A stretch of DNA of 64,000 bases, taken from positions 10,837 through 74,836 of the forward strand of contig JAZOVQ010000053.1 of the NCBI GenBank assembly GCA_045658805.1, in the 5' to 3' direction. Made by a program: the position numbers and the translations under genes. The notes under the pieces were generated by a model that ran no database searches, was not told the DNA's origin, and saw nothing but the letters and a program-made list of their open reading frames with translations. Of this stretch, positions 29,164 to 39,034 are shown in pieces. Positions within the stretch are counted from its first letter, which is position 1, and each line of letters begins with the position of its first letter. The stretch is from Candidatus Scatosoma sp. GTDB taxonomy: Bacteria; Bacillota; Clostridia; Christensenellales; Borkfalkiaceae.

Positions 29164-30927
29164 TTATTTTTTAGGCCAAACGCCTTCGCCCGTTTCCGCC
29201 AAGGAAGCGTTGACAAGCGTACCATTTGCTTGCAAGCCCGTGAATACTTCTTTCATTTGATCGGTATCACCGATAAACAATGCATAGGAATATTCAAGAG
29301 GTACAAAGTCGATCATTTTACGTTGAATACCAGGGTTGATATAGCTGTAATTGATGGTCGAATAGCTAGGAACCAACTGCGATTCGTCAAACGAGAAATA
29401 ACCCGTGTGATATTTACGGTTGGTTTCTTCTTGGAAGTAGCTAGTAGATTTACGTCCGCGCGATGCGATATATCTATCTGCATTGGGCAAACAAATACCT
29501 ACACCCCACTTGTTTTCGTTTACAAACGCGCACCAGCCGCCGTTTACCATTTTACCTTTGATACCGTAATAATATTCAGAGCCAACAACCTGCGTTTTGC
29601 TTTCTTTAATTTCGCATCTACCGTTTTGTTCGCCTACTTCTTTATCGAAGATAACCCCTTGCTTGGTTTCGCAATAGAAATAATTTAAGGGATATGCGAA
29701 ATAGGTTGCGGGCGTTTCCTGCATGGATACGGATACGCCGTCTACCCCCGTGAATTGCGAGAAATCGGTGTACAAGTTGTCTACCATCAAAGCGCCGCTT
29801 TCATCGAAGTAATAGGTTACTTCCATATAGCCGTTAGCTTGAATGTTGGTGTAGAAGAACCATTCCTGCCCTTTCATCTTTACGTAAAGCTTGTCGCTTG
29901 CGTATTCATAATCGATGATTTGAGGGGTATGACCGCCGAAGTCGCCGCACTGAATGGGGTTGTAGATAGGCTTGCCCGTTTCCGTGATACCTTGATAATA
30001 CGAATCCTTATCTTCGGGATCATAATCGGGCAAGTAGCCGTTTTCGTCACTAACGTTCAAATAATAGGAAGGTTGTACTTCACGGCCAAGGTCGTAAATG
30101 TTAACCAAGTTTACGCAATCGCTGCCTACCTGCGATACGAAATCGGGATCGACGTCACGGTCAATACAAATGTTACCATCGCTGTCCATATATTCGTATA
30201 CGTCGTCTTCCAACTTTTCAAGGTAGGTGATACAGCCGCCGTAATAAGGCGAGGTACCAACTCTCGACGAGCCGTCGCTTACGTACCATTCTTCCACCGT
30301 GTTCAAGGTACGATCGGAAATGCTTGCCGAATTGAACTTGAACGTACCCGTTTTGGTCGAGTCTACGTTTTGGAAAGAAATGGATACAAGCGTCTTTTCA
30401 TATGCGCCTTGCGCACCGATACGGAATGCGTCCAAGAAGGTCTTAAATTCCGTTTCGCCTGCCGCAATGAAGAACTTTTCCGAGTTGGTTACGCTGGGAT
30501 CTTCGTTGCTTTCATAATTGATATAGCCAACCAAGTCTACGTCCGTTTCAATATCCAGCTTCAAGTAATTTTTATTTTTCAAATTACTGCTGATTTCATA
30601 GGTCACGCAACCATTTGCTTGAGGATTTTCGGGTTCATATTGCGCAAGCGTTTTTTCCGTGCCGTCGGAGAACACTTTGGTAAACTTATAATTTTCCAAG
30701 GTGTAAGGCGCGGAACTTACGCCGTCAAACAAGGGGTTTCCCAAAGGCGAAACCTCGTCTTTGGGGAGTTCCTCGTTGGTAATATTGTTGTTACCCGAAT
30801 TGTTATTACCCGTCGAATTGTTATTGCCGGTGCCGTCGCCCGTCGTGTCGCCGCAAGCGGCCATGGATACAGACAACAAGCCTGCAAGCAATAAGCAACT
30901 TACTTTTTTAAAAATTTCTTTTTTCAT
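29164..30927 (-). CDS. 587-aa lipoprotein of unknown family
   Basis: MKKEIFKKVSCLLLAGLLSVSMAAC|GDTTG lipobox, then an Asn-rich linker (GNNNSTGNNNSGNNN). No catalytic motif recognised. Only 1 nt separates it from the upstream gene stop. Confidence 0.75.
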   Translation of the reverse strand: MKKEIFKKVSCLLLAGLLSVSMAACGDTTGDGTGNNNSTGNNNSGNNNITNEELPKDEVSPLGNPLFDGVSSAPYTLENYKFTKVFSDGTEKTLAQYEPENPQANGCVTYEISSNLKNKNYLKLDIETDVDLVGYINYESNEDPSVTNSEKFFIAAGETEFKTFLDAFRIGAQGAYEKTLVSISFQNVDSTKTGTFKFNSASISDRTLNTVEEWYVSDGSSRVGTSPYYGGCITYLEKLEDDVYEYMDSDGNICIDRDVDPDFVSQVGSDCVNLVNIYDLGREVQPSYYLNVSDENGYLPDYDPEDKDSYYQGITETGKPIYNPIQCGDFGGHTPQIIDYEYASDKLYVKMKGQEWFFYTNIQANGYMEVTYYFDESGALMVDNLYTDFSQFTGVDGVSVSMQETPATYFAYPLNYFYCETKQGVIFDKEVGEQNGRCEIKESKTQVVGSEYYYGIKGKMVNGGWCAFVNENKWGVGICLPNADRYIASRGRKSTSYFQEETNRKYHTGYFSFDESQLVPSYSTINYSYINPGIQRKMIDFVPLEYSYALFIGDTDQMKEVFTGLQANGTLVNASLAETGEGVWPKK

Positions 30928-30928
30928 G

Positions 30929-33625
30929 TTATACCCCCGTTTCGATCGAAATCATACGGATTGCAATTTCCTTACCGAGGAAGCCTAAATGAACTTTACC
31001 CAAATAGGAACCGATATATTCGGTAGGAATAACGATCGTTGCAGTAGACCATTCGTAATCTGCCATTTGACTGTCAATCGCGAAATTAAGCGCTGCATAC
31101 GCTTTGTTGCCTTCGTCAGGGTTGCCCGTAGCTTTGTTGGTGAAGCCTGCGGTGAAATCAAGCGTATTTACGTCCGTCTTGTTTTGATATACGATCTTAA
31201 TTTCGGTTACGCCCGTCAACAATACGTTTTGCGTCGTATGAGGAATGGAAAGATGTTCGCTCATAAGTTGCGAAATACCGATATAAAGCGCTGCGGACAA
31301 TTTTTCCTTCGTAGGATCCTTCTTGAAGATGGACGCCTTCAATACGCTATCATATTCGTACGTATTCGTGATTTCCCAATCCCACGTCTTATAAATATCG
31401 TTATAAGATTCGTAGAAAGGCAAGCCCGTTTCGCCTGCGGTGTAATCGATGCTCTTAAGCAATACTCTGCCCGTACCTTCGAAGGTCAAGCGGATTGCTT
31501 CTACCGAGCCGCGTTCGTTACGTTTAAGAGGTACGCTTACGCTGTTGTTGATACCCTTTTGTTCGGTATCCAATGCATATACGTAATCGGAAGTGAATTC
31601 GCCGTTAATCTTAAATGCAACCGATACAGCCGTTACGTTAGAATCGGGATACAAATAATATTGAAGCACTGCGTTGCCGTAGCCGTCGGTCGTACCCTTA
31701 TACGTTCTGTCAGCCGACGTTACGGTTGCGCCGCTTTCGGATACTTTGAACAACGTACCGCTTCTATTGCTTTCAAAGCTTACGTCTACCTTGTCCGTAG
31801 AAGCCAAACCGAAACAGTATTTATCGTTGAGGTTGACGCCTACCGAATCGTAAGGCATAAATTCGGACATTTGAATGTTCTCAATCAACAATGCGTTGTC
31901 CACGCCGACGGACTTGTAAACAATTTCAATCTTGGAAAGCGTGCCTTCCATACCATATTTGCCATACAAGTTTGCCGTGTAGGTCTTGCTTTCTTTCATG
32001 CGTTGCGCTACGGCAATGTCCGCCGTTACGGGGATACCAATGTTGTTATATATACGTACCGTTATCTTGCCTGCATAGCCATAGTTACGCAAGGTAATTT
32101 CCAAAGTGGTCAAGTCACTCAAATCAATCACTTTTTCATCGGGAACGGTCAAGGTGAAGCCGCTGGACGGATTGCCCTGCGCTCTGCCTGCCACTTCGTT
32201 GTTTGCGTGGAAAAGCAAACCGTTGCTCGTTTGAAGCACTTGCGCGTCGCCGTTTACGCCCGTTACGGTGTTGCGGTTTTTAGGGAATACAAGCCCTTGG
32301 GGATCTTCCGCTTGTTCCGCAGACACAGCTTCAAGCGTTTGTTCGCTGGTGTTTGCTGCGTCGGTGAGCGCTTGTTGCACTTCGCCGCTATCCTCTACCA
32401 CAACTTCGTGTGCAATACCTTCAATTGCCTTAATCAAGAATACGTTGGACCAATCGTCCTCGTTTTCATTTTTATAATTTACTTGGAAACGGAAGGTTGC
32501 AAGATAAGGCGAGGTACCCCAAATGGAATAACCGTTTTTATACACTTCGTAGAAGTTGAAATCAACGTACGTCCATTCGGCTTCTTCCGCCATTTCAATT
32601 TGGTCGTCGCGAAGCGCGATACCGCTGCCAACGCCGCTACCCGTATAGTTGGGATAACAGAAATCCTGCGTGTACGTTGCGCCCGTTTCCGAATAGATAT
32701 TGTTTTCGGCATCAAGCATTGCCGTGAAGTAAGCGTTTACTTCCGCCGCCTTACCAAGGTTTTTAAACCAAACGCGAATGGTTTGCGATTGCGTGATATC
32801 CAATGCCAAGCAAAGCTCTACGTAACCGTCACCGTATTTGGGTTGATAACCAAAGTTTACGTACGTACACTTTTCTTCCACTGCGCCGGTGGGATATTCG
32901 GTAATAACGTCGTAGCTTTCTACCCAACCTTCCGATTCTACGATATTGCCGCTTGCGTCCGTCGACGTCGAACCGATGTACGCTACGAGATAATCGCTAA
33001 GGCTGCTGGAAGGCAATTCCCCTTCTTCGGTGTGGTCACTCATATAAATACCAGCCGAACGCTTTATGTGCAAAGCGGTGTTGCCTGCAATAGGATTGTT
33101 GTAATCAAATGCGGAAGTATATTCGCTGTCCAAATAGGAACCGAGATACTTAAAGCCTTCTACAAGAGACGCGTCTTCTTCCACTTTATCGCCTTTGAAA
33201 ACCAATTCCTCTCTAACAAGCGCGCCGTTTACGTAATAGGAAACCGTATATTGTTCAACCCATTTCGCATACAAGGTCATATCCCCTTCTACGCGGTCGT
33301 TTTTGAAATCCCAAGGTTCGGTGCAAGCCGCGTCCTTATACCAGCCGTAAACCTGCAAATTGTCGGGGTTTTCGTCCGAAATGTACACTTTAGGTCTGGA
33401 TACGCGCTTACCGATGCTTACCACCTTGTCTTTGACAAGGTTGGTAGCAAAGGTCGTATTTACGTCAAATTTAATGGTTGCCGAGGTTGCGGGCGTATCA
33501 AGCGAAACTTCGCTGGACGTAGATTGCTCGTTGCCCGTCGTGTCGCCGCAAGCGGTTGCCGCAGCCGTCACACCAATCAGCATTGCCACGCTCAAAAGCG
33601 CTGTCAATAATTTTTTCTTTCTCAT
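30929..33625 (-). CDS. 898-aa lipoprotein with Listeria-Bacteroides (flg_new) repeat and unknown beta-rich domains
   Basis: MRKKKLLTALLSVAMLIGVTAAATAC|GDTTG lipobox, with the same CGDTTG junction as the next gene. flg_new signature VYGWYKDAACTEPWDFKNDRVEGDMTLYAKW. Confidence 0.75.
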   Translation of the reverse strand: MRKKKLLTALLSVAMLIGVTAAATACGDTTGNEQSTSSEVSLDTPATSATIKFDVNTTFATNLVKDKVVSIGKRVSRPKVYISDENPDNLQVYGWYKDAACTEPWDFKNDRVEGDMTLYAKWVEQYTVSYYVNGALVREELVFKGDKVEEDASLVEGFKYLGSYLDSEYTSAFDYNNPIAGNTALHIKRSAGIYMSDHTEEGELPSSSLSDYLVAYIGSTSTDASGNIVESEGWVESYDVITEYPTGAVEEKCTYVNFGYQPKYGDGYVELCLALDITQSQTIRVWFKNLGKAAEVNAYFTAMLDAENNIYSETGATYTQDFCYPNYTGSGVGSGIALRDDQIEMAEEAEWTYVDFNFYEVYKNGYSIWGTSPYLATFRFQVNYKNENEDDWSNVFLIKAIEGIAHEVVVEDSGEVQQALTDAANTSEQTLEAVSAEQAEDPQGLVFPKNRNTVTGVNGDAQVLQTSNGLLFHANNEVAGRAQGNPSSGFTLTVPDEKVIDLSDLTTLEITLRNYGYAGKITVRIYNNIGIPVTADIAVAQRMKESKTYTANLYGKYGMEGTLSKIEIVYKSVGVDNALLIENIQMSEFMPYDSVGVNLNDKYCFGLASTDKVDVSFESNRSGTLFKVSESGATVTSADRTYKGTTDGYGNAVLQYYLYPDSNVTAVSVAFKINGEFTSDYVYALDTEQKGINNSVSVPLKRNERGSVEAIRLTFEGTGRVLLKSIDYTAGETGLPFYESYNDIYKTWDWEITNTYEYDSVLKASIFKKDPTKEKLSAALYIGISQLMSEHLSIPHTTQNVLLTGVTEIKIVYQNKTDVNTLDFTAGFTNKATGNPDEGNKAYAALNFAIDSQMADYEWSTATIVIPTEYIGSYLGKVHLGFLGKEIAIRMISIETGV

Positions 33626-33640
33626 TTTTCAATACCCTTT

Positions 33641-34552
33641 TTATAATTTTAAGCCTGCGGCAAATTCGCCACTCTTGAAATACTTCATCGAAATAACCGT
33701 CGTAAGAATCAAAGGCAAGGAAGCAATGAAATACATTGCATACGCCGCGCCGTATTTGATTTCACCCGTTGCTACCGACGAATACATAATGGTCGTAATC
33801 GTTTGGTTGTTGTCCATAATCAAACTTGCCCACAAATATTCGTTATAGATACCCGAGAAGCAACCCACGAAATAATACAATACAATGGGAAGCGCCAAAG
33901 GAAGCGTAATTTTCGTGAACAAAACCAAATCGTTTGCGCCGTCCAATCTCGCGCTCTCGTACAGGGATTTGGGCTGTTGACTGAAGAAAGTTCTAAACAG
34001 GAACATACCCGTAACCTGCGCGCCGCCGACCATGGGAAGCAAATAGCCGAAATAGCTATCCCCTACGCCGAAGGTGTCGCGGATAAGAGGAATCAAAATA
34101 GGATAACCGATGATCGAAGGCACCAAAAGCACCGAAATGAACATCATGAAGATAAATTCTTTAAAATAGAAATTCTTCGTTACCAAGATATACGCCAAAA
34201 GTGCGCTGATTGCCGTTTCCAAAATAGCGCCGATAAGCGCAATCAAAATCGTCTTCCAATAGAAGGGCGACAGTACGCTCCAGGCTTTGGAGAAGTTTTC
34301 TTTTGCCGCTTGACCGATTTCCGATAAAATGGGGAAGCTAAACGCGTCTACCTTTACTTGCTCGTCAAGCTTGAACGAGTTGATTACCGTCAAGAACAAA
34401 GGCAAGAAGGAGAACAGCAAGCAAAAGATAACCACGACGAGGATAATCGTTTGCGCCAACGGTTTTTCGTGGGGCATACGCAAGCCTTTCGTCTTAGGAA
34501 GCTTTGCGGGCTTGGTAGGCATGGTGTTTTCGTATTGTTGTACGTTTTCCAT
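33641..34552 (-). CDS. Carbohydrate (CUT1-type) ABC transporter permease, MalG-like
   Basis: 303 aa, 6 TM. EAA loop YESARLDGANDLVLFTKITLPLALP. Confidence 0.9.
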   Translation of the reverse strand: MENVQQYENTMPTKPAKLPKTKGLRMPHEKPLAQTIILVVVIFCLLFSFLPLFLTVINSFKLDEQVKVDAFSFPILSEIGQAAKENFSKAWSVLSPFYWKTILIALIGAILETAISALLAYILVTKNFYFKEFIFMMFISVLLVPSIIGYPILIPLIRDTFGVGDSYFGYLLPMVGGAQVTGMFLFRTFFSQQPKSLYESARLDGANDLVLFTKITLPLALPIVLYYFVGCFSGIYNEYLWASLIMDNNQTITTIMYSSVATGEIKYGAAYAMYFIASLPLILTTVISMKYFKSGEFAAGLKL

Positions 34553-34553
34553 A

Positions 34554-37163
34554 TTACAAATCCTCCCCCATCGTTTCTTTTTTCTGGATCTTGAAGTTTG
34601 CGGCTACCGCAACAAACAAGAACAAGAAGATAAGCGTTGCGTAAGCACTGGCTTTACCGTAATCGCCGTGAATCATCATGGTTGTATACATCGTTTCTAC
34701 CGGCGTCGTCGTACCTGTCGAGGCAAGTATGTACGTTCTTGCATAGTTTTGTACGGACGCGATAAACGTCATGATGAAGATATACTTAATTTGAGGCATA
34801 ATCAAAGGAATGTCAATGGACACGAAACGCTTTACTATGCCCAAGCCTTCCAATCTGCCTGCTTCGTGATATTCGGACGGGATATTCATCATACCGCCGT
34901 AGAAAATCAAGTAACCGCCGACAAACGGGAAGCTCATGAAGATCAACGCCCAACGCGCGTAATCGGTATTCGTCAAGAATTCGATAGGAACGTCCGCGCC
35001 GATCAATTGGTTCAAGACACCCGTGTTGCCATAGATACCCGTACGCCAAATCAACATCGTTGCCATGCTGGGAATAATGCTGGGAATGAACATCAACGAA
35101 CGAATCCAGTTGGACGCCACTTTGTTTCTAATCAAAATCAAAAGGAAGGCAAAAATCAACGGAGGTACGATACAGAGCACCAAGTCGAATACCAAGAAGA
35201 ACAACATGTTTTTGATAGACAACCAGAAGCTGGGCTCGTTAAGTACCTTGATATAGTTCGCAAAATCGTTCCATATCCAAGCAGGTTTTTCCTGCGTGTA
35301 ATCGAAGAAGGACATTGAAATTGCGCCGATTGCTTCATAATAACAGAACATGAACAACAACGCAATGAAGAAGCTCATCGCCAAATAGATTTTCTTGTTC
35401 TTCTTCAAGTCTTTTTGAATTTCTTTCACTTTGTACAAGGTGCGTTCGTTCTTGGTTGCCAAGGTAAACCAAACGCAAAGCAATGCAACTACAATGGCAA
35501 GCACGAGGAAGGTGAAGAACAAAAATTGCGTCAACGATTTGTTTTCAAACTGTTCGGGTTGATAGGTACATGCATACAAGGTGTTGGTGGTGTTTGCACT
35601 CCAGTCAACGTTGGTGACCTGTCTTAAAACGTGCGTCACTTTGTTGTCCTTGTCCCCCGTCAACGTAATGATATCAAAGTCCGCATCAAAGGTGTGCGTC
35701 ATTTGATAATTAGCCATATCGTTGAGATTCACGATAGAAACCGTTTGTTCGTTTTCAAAACGCAAATACAGGGTATTTGCAAAATCGTTAATCGACAAAC
35801 CGTTGCCAAACGTGCTAAACTTTCTGTTTTCGCCAATGTCTACGGAAGTGATCTTCGTTGCGATATCGCTAAGGAAGGAACCGCTTTCCGCTACGTCAAT
35901 TGCACTCTTGTTTACGCTGTACAGCGAGCCGTCTAAATTGTCGGCGTAATATACCGCTTTATTCTTCTTCGAATATACGATACCGCTGATATTGCTGTCA
36001 CCAGGATACAAAATGGAATAATATTGCGAATCCACGTACTGTCTGTCTACGAGCAAGTTTCTCGAAGCGCTGTCGTACGATTCGCACCAAGGATTTTCGG
36101 CAACGAAAGTTTCGCTAATAGCGTCTTTTGCCTTATCCTTTGCATTCTTATTTTCTCGGTTATATTTGGTGGTGGTTACAAGCGTTTTATACACGTTGGA
36201 AAGAGTTTCTCCGTCCGCCGCCGCAAGTTCCGCCTCGGTAAGCGTATTGCCTGCATGCGCACTAAGCAATGCGCGGAAATGGTCCGCATACGCCTGCGCT
36301 TCCACTTCCTTATCGCGTCCAGCATCATAATATTGCTTTACGTTATCCAAATAATCGAATTCTTCGCCGTTTTCGTCGATATAATCCGCGAGCGTAAGGC
36401 TAAGTCTTACGATACCGCCGCCGTTTTTAAACAGGTAAATGGATTCTTGAGTGGCAACGAAGGACAAAACCCCCGTCTTTGCCGACGTCAACGGTACAAT
36501 TTTTTGCGCCGTATCCGTTGCGCCTTCCAAATCGAGATCCCAAAGCTGTTTCTTCTTATTTGCACCGACCTTCAAGTTTTCAATATCGAAACGATAGACG
36601 TAATAATTGTTATCCGATTGCAAAATCAATGCGTATAACAAGCCGCCTTGGTCGTCGTAGCCTTTCAAATTCAGCTTACCCGTTTGTGCGGTAGCCAAGC
36701 AATAATCGTCCGTTACGCTCAAGGAAACGCCGTTGTCGATAAGCTTGAAAATGTTACCGTTACCGTCCACCATGAGGTAATAATCCTCGCCGTTTTTACC
36801 CGTAACATACTTCGCGCTCCATTGGTTTAAACTGCCTTCCAAAAGCTTGTCATAATCGCCTTTTTCTTTCAATTTATCCGAAATTTTCGAAAGCGCAAAC
36901 GTTGACAACTGTTCATCTGTGAACGTGTCAAAACGATACATTGCGGTCTCCGTCAAAAGGAAATAATCCTCGCCGTTTTCCCCTTCTACCAACGATTTAA
37001 TCTGTTCGTTGTTCCCAAGCGCTTCCATTTCTTTGCTTGTGGGAATCAATACGCCGAACAAAACCGTTAAAAGGGTAAAAAGAGCAAGAAGCACGGATAA
37101 CACAAGCACCGTGTTTCTTGCTTTTTTCTTATCTTGATTTGTTATGCCTACTGCCATGGGCAT
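34554..37163 (-). CDS. Carbohydrate ABC transporter permease (MalF-like) fused to a large N-terminal extracytoplasmic beta-propeller-like domain
   Basis: 869 aa. TM1 (about aa 18-40), a roughly 500-aa ectodomain with recurring blade-like strands (GEDYFLLTETAMYRF, GEDYYLMVDGNGNIFKL, NNYYVYRFDIENL, ESIYLFKNGGGIVRLSL, KAVYYADNLDGSLYSVN, NTLYLRFENEQTVSIVNL), TM2, then a canonical 6-TM core with EAA loop HEAGRLEGLGIVKRFVSIDIPLIMP. Confidence 0.85.
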   Translation of the reverse strand: MPMAVGITNQDKKKARNTVLVLSVLLALFTLLTVLFGVLIPTSKEMEALGNNEQIKSLVEGENGEDYFLLTETAMYRFDTFTDEQLSTFALSKISDKLKEKGDYDKLLEGSLNQWSAKYVTGKNGEDYYLMVDGNGNIFKLIDNGVSLSVTDDYCLATAQTGKLNLKGYDDQGGLLYALILQSDNNYYVYRFDIENLKVGANKKKQLWDLDLEGATDTAQKIVPLTSAKTGVLSFVATQESIYLFKNGGGIVRLSLTLADYIDENGEEFDYLDNVKQYYDAGRDKEVEAQAYADHFRALLSAHAGNTLTEAELAAADGETLSNVYKTLVTTTKYNRENKNAKDKAKDAISETFVAENPWCESYDSASRNLLVDRQYVDSQYYSILYPGDSNISGIVYSKKNKAVYYADNLDGSLYSVNKSAIDVAESGSFLSDIATKITSVDIGENRKFSTFGNGLSINDFANTLYLRFENEQTVSIVNLNDMANYQMTHTFDADFDIITLTGDKDNKVTHVLRQVTNVDWSANTTNTLYACTYQPEQFENKSLTQFLFFTFLVLAIVVALLCVWFTLATKNERTLYKVKEIQKDLKKNKKIYLAMSFFIALLFMFCYYEAIGAISMSFFDYTQEKPAWIWNDFANYIKVLNEPSFWLSIKNMLFFLVFDLVLCIVPPLIFAFLLILIRNKVASNWIRSLMFIPSIIPSMATMLIWRTGIYGNTGVLNQLIGADVPIEFLTNTDYARWALIFMSFPFVGGYLIFYGGMMNIPSEYHEAGRLEGLGIVKRFVSIDIPLIMPQIKYIFIMTFIASVQNYARTYILASTGTTTPVETMYTTMMIHGDYGKASAYATLIFLFLFVAVAANFKIQKKETMGEDL

Positions 37164-37190
37164 ACCCCCGTAAAAGTATTACTTTTTTTA

Positions 37191-37231
37191 CTGTACGCTT
37201 TAAAGGCGGCAATCGCCTTTAAAGCGTACAG
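37191..37231 (-). promoter_or_regulatory. Perfect 18-bp intercistronic stem-loop between the solute-binding protein and permease genes
   Basis: CTGTACGCTTTAAAGGCG (37191-37208), 5-nt loop, CGCCTTTAAAGCGTACAG (37214-37231). On the coding (minus) strand it is followed by an A-run, not a U-run, so it is not a canonical terminator. Confidence 0.7.
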
Positions 37232-37243
37232 AACTGCTATCTA

Positions 37244-39034
37244 TTACAAGTTGTAGTTAGGATCCTTCCAGAAGTTTTCAGGCCACTTGTTGGAAGCAAC
37301 GAACGTCAACATATCAAAGTCAACAGCTTCCGACCACTTCACTGCAAACGTTTCAGGAATCAATACTTGGCTGTCGGAAAGACCAGTCATCAAAAGGTTA
37401 CGCCAGCATTCGGTAATGCAGCCTCTCGTCTTTTCCAAACCGTTTACGTATCTAACGCCCCAGGTAAGGAAGGGGTTAGCGTCAACGTCGCCGTTGAAGG
37501 AAATGGTTTCGTTGCTTGCTTCGAAGTATGCTTTCCATTCTGCAGGGATAACAACGAGGTTGTTCTTAACCGAGGACAAGCCCTTAGGTACGTCGTTGTT
37601 TGCGGCCAAGCCCTTGTAGTAAATGGTTTGACCATAAGGCGACATAACGAACTTAATGAAGTCTTTGTTCAATTCGTTTTGTTCAGCATCGCCCAAGTGA
37701 TTGATAATGGAAAGGAAACCGCCGTTACCACCGATGTCACGGGTAATCGTCGTATCAGGAACGATCTTTTCACCCACTTTGTCACCAGAGGTGTACGTAC
37801 CAGAAATCATTTGAGGATAATCGAAGTAACCAACGTCGAAGCCAGTAGCGTTCGATTTTTCATAATTGATACCGAAGCCTTGATAATCCAAAATGATTTG
37901 AGGGGAAGCTTTACCGTCGCTTTGCGTTTCGAACTTATCGCGAAGCTCGCCAAATTCGGTGCTGGAAACGTCCTTCATCAAAACGCCCTTCATCTTTGCA
38001 AGCTGACTTACGAAATCACGATATACTTCGCTGGTGAAACCAACGTAGCCAGGGCCGAAGGAACAATCTTCTTCAAAGAGAATGTTCAACATCTTTGCAT
38101 AACGGGGACCGTAACCGCTGTTAAGTTCAACAACGTCTTCCGTTTCGTCATAGTTAGCCCAAACGCTGTTCTTGTCGCCGCCCATGATGTATTGATAGAA
38201 TTGACGATAGTAATAGTCGCCATATACACGAAGCAACCAGCTGAATTGCAAGGATTCTACACTTGCAGCCGTAAGGGAGATACCCAAAGGATTGCTGTAG
38301 TCTGCTGCTTGCATTGCTTTAGAAAGTGCGATAAGGTCGTCCCAGGTTTCAGGATAGCCAACTTCGCCGGAAGCGTTCGTGTAACCCTTTGCGCCTGCTT
38401 CTTCCAAAGCAACTTCGTTTACGAACCAGCACGTTTGCATGATTTCGGAGTTCAAAATGATACTCTTGCCGCTGGTATCAGCTTCTTTGGTGGTGTAAGC
38501 TGCTTTTTCAAGTACGCTGGACCATTGAACGTTTTCACCACAGTAAGGGTTGTAGGACGCAATTGCCGAGTACATATCGATACAGTAGGAATACGTAGAG
38601 GTGTAACCAAGGTTACCTTCAACGATATCCCAATCGGTGTTGGGGTTAACCAATTCCGAGTTCAAGTTTTGGGAATACGAAGAACCTGCATATTGGGTGT
38701 TGATGTTTACTTGAACAGCGCCACCTTGCAATCTTTCATATTCATCTTTCAACGCGCGCCAGCCGCTTTGCGTACCTTCAAAGTCCAAGCAAACGTCAAC
38801 TTTACCAGAATATTGCTTGATCGAAGAAACGTCAGGCAAATAATCTGCGTTGAAGCCTGCGCCAAGGTCGTTAACAGACAAAGGCTGCGTCGAGATCATG
38901 TTGCTGTTGCCCGTGCTGCCGCTGCTGTCTTGCGAGTTGCCACCCGAGCTTGCGCTGCTGCCGCTGTCGCACGCCGCCAATACCGTCGTGCAAGAAAGAG
39001 CAAGAGCCAAGAACATAGTTAATTTCTTTTTCAT
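37244..39034 (-). CDS. Extracellular solute-binding lipoprotein (ABC, family-1 sugar type, long form)
   Basis: Start trimmed to the ATG at 39034 (AAGGAGGAATTT upstream), giving MKKKLTMFLALALSCTTVLAAC|DSGSS with a lipobox. First gene of the permease operon. About 596 aa mature, longer than typical 420-450 aa sugar SBPs. Confidence 0.85.
   Translation of the reverse strand: MKKKLTMFLALALSCTTVLAACDSGSSASSGGNSQDSSGSTGNSNMISTQPLSVNDLGAGFNADYLPDVSSIKQYSGKVDVCLDFEGTQSGWRALKDEYERLQGGAVQVNINTQYAGSSYSQNLNSELVNPNTDWDIVEGNLGYTSTYSYCIDMYSAIASYNPYCGENVQWSSVLEKAAYTTKEADTSGKSIILNSEIMQTCWFVNEVALEEAGAKGYTNASGEVGYPETWDDLIALSKAMQAADYSNPLGISLTAASVESLQFSWLLRVYGDYYYRQFYQYIMGGDKNSVWANYDETEDVVELNSGYGPRYAKMLNILFEEDCSFGPGYVGFTSEVYRDFVSQLAKMKGVLMKDVSSTEFGELRDKFETQSDGKASPQIILDYQGFGINYEKSNATGFDVGYFDYPQMISGTYTSGDKVGEKIVPDTTITRDIGGNGGFLSIINHLGDAEQNELNKDFIKFVMSPYGQTIYYKGLAANNDVPKGLSSVKNNLVVIPAEWKAYFEASNETISFNGDVDANPFLTWGVRYVNGLEKTRGCITECWRNLLMTGLSDSQVLIPETFAVKWSEAVDFDMLTFVASNKWPENFWKDPNYNL

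Noticed and set aside
30989-33610. Very long plus-strand ORFs antisense to the big minus-strand genes. Examples: 873 aa at 30989-33610, 852 aa at 43101-45659, 728 aa at 40692-42878, 551 aa at 37367-39022, 503 aa at 25330-26841 and 429 aa at 21469-22758.
   Set aside because: Their translations are Arg/Cys/Phe/Val/Ile-rich nonsense without start contexts or motifs. The opposite strand encodes proteins with signal peptides, lipoboxes and recognisable motifs. They are shadow ORFs, caused by the rarity of TTA/CTA/TCA codons in the sense frame.
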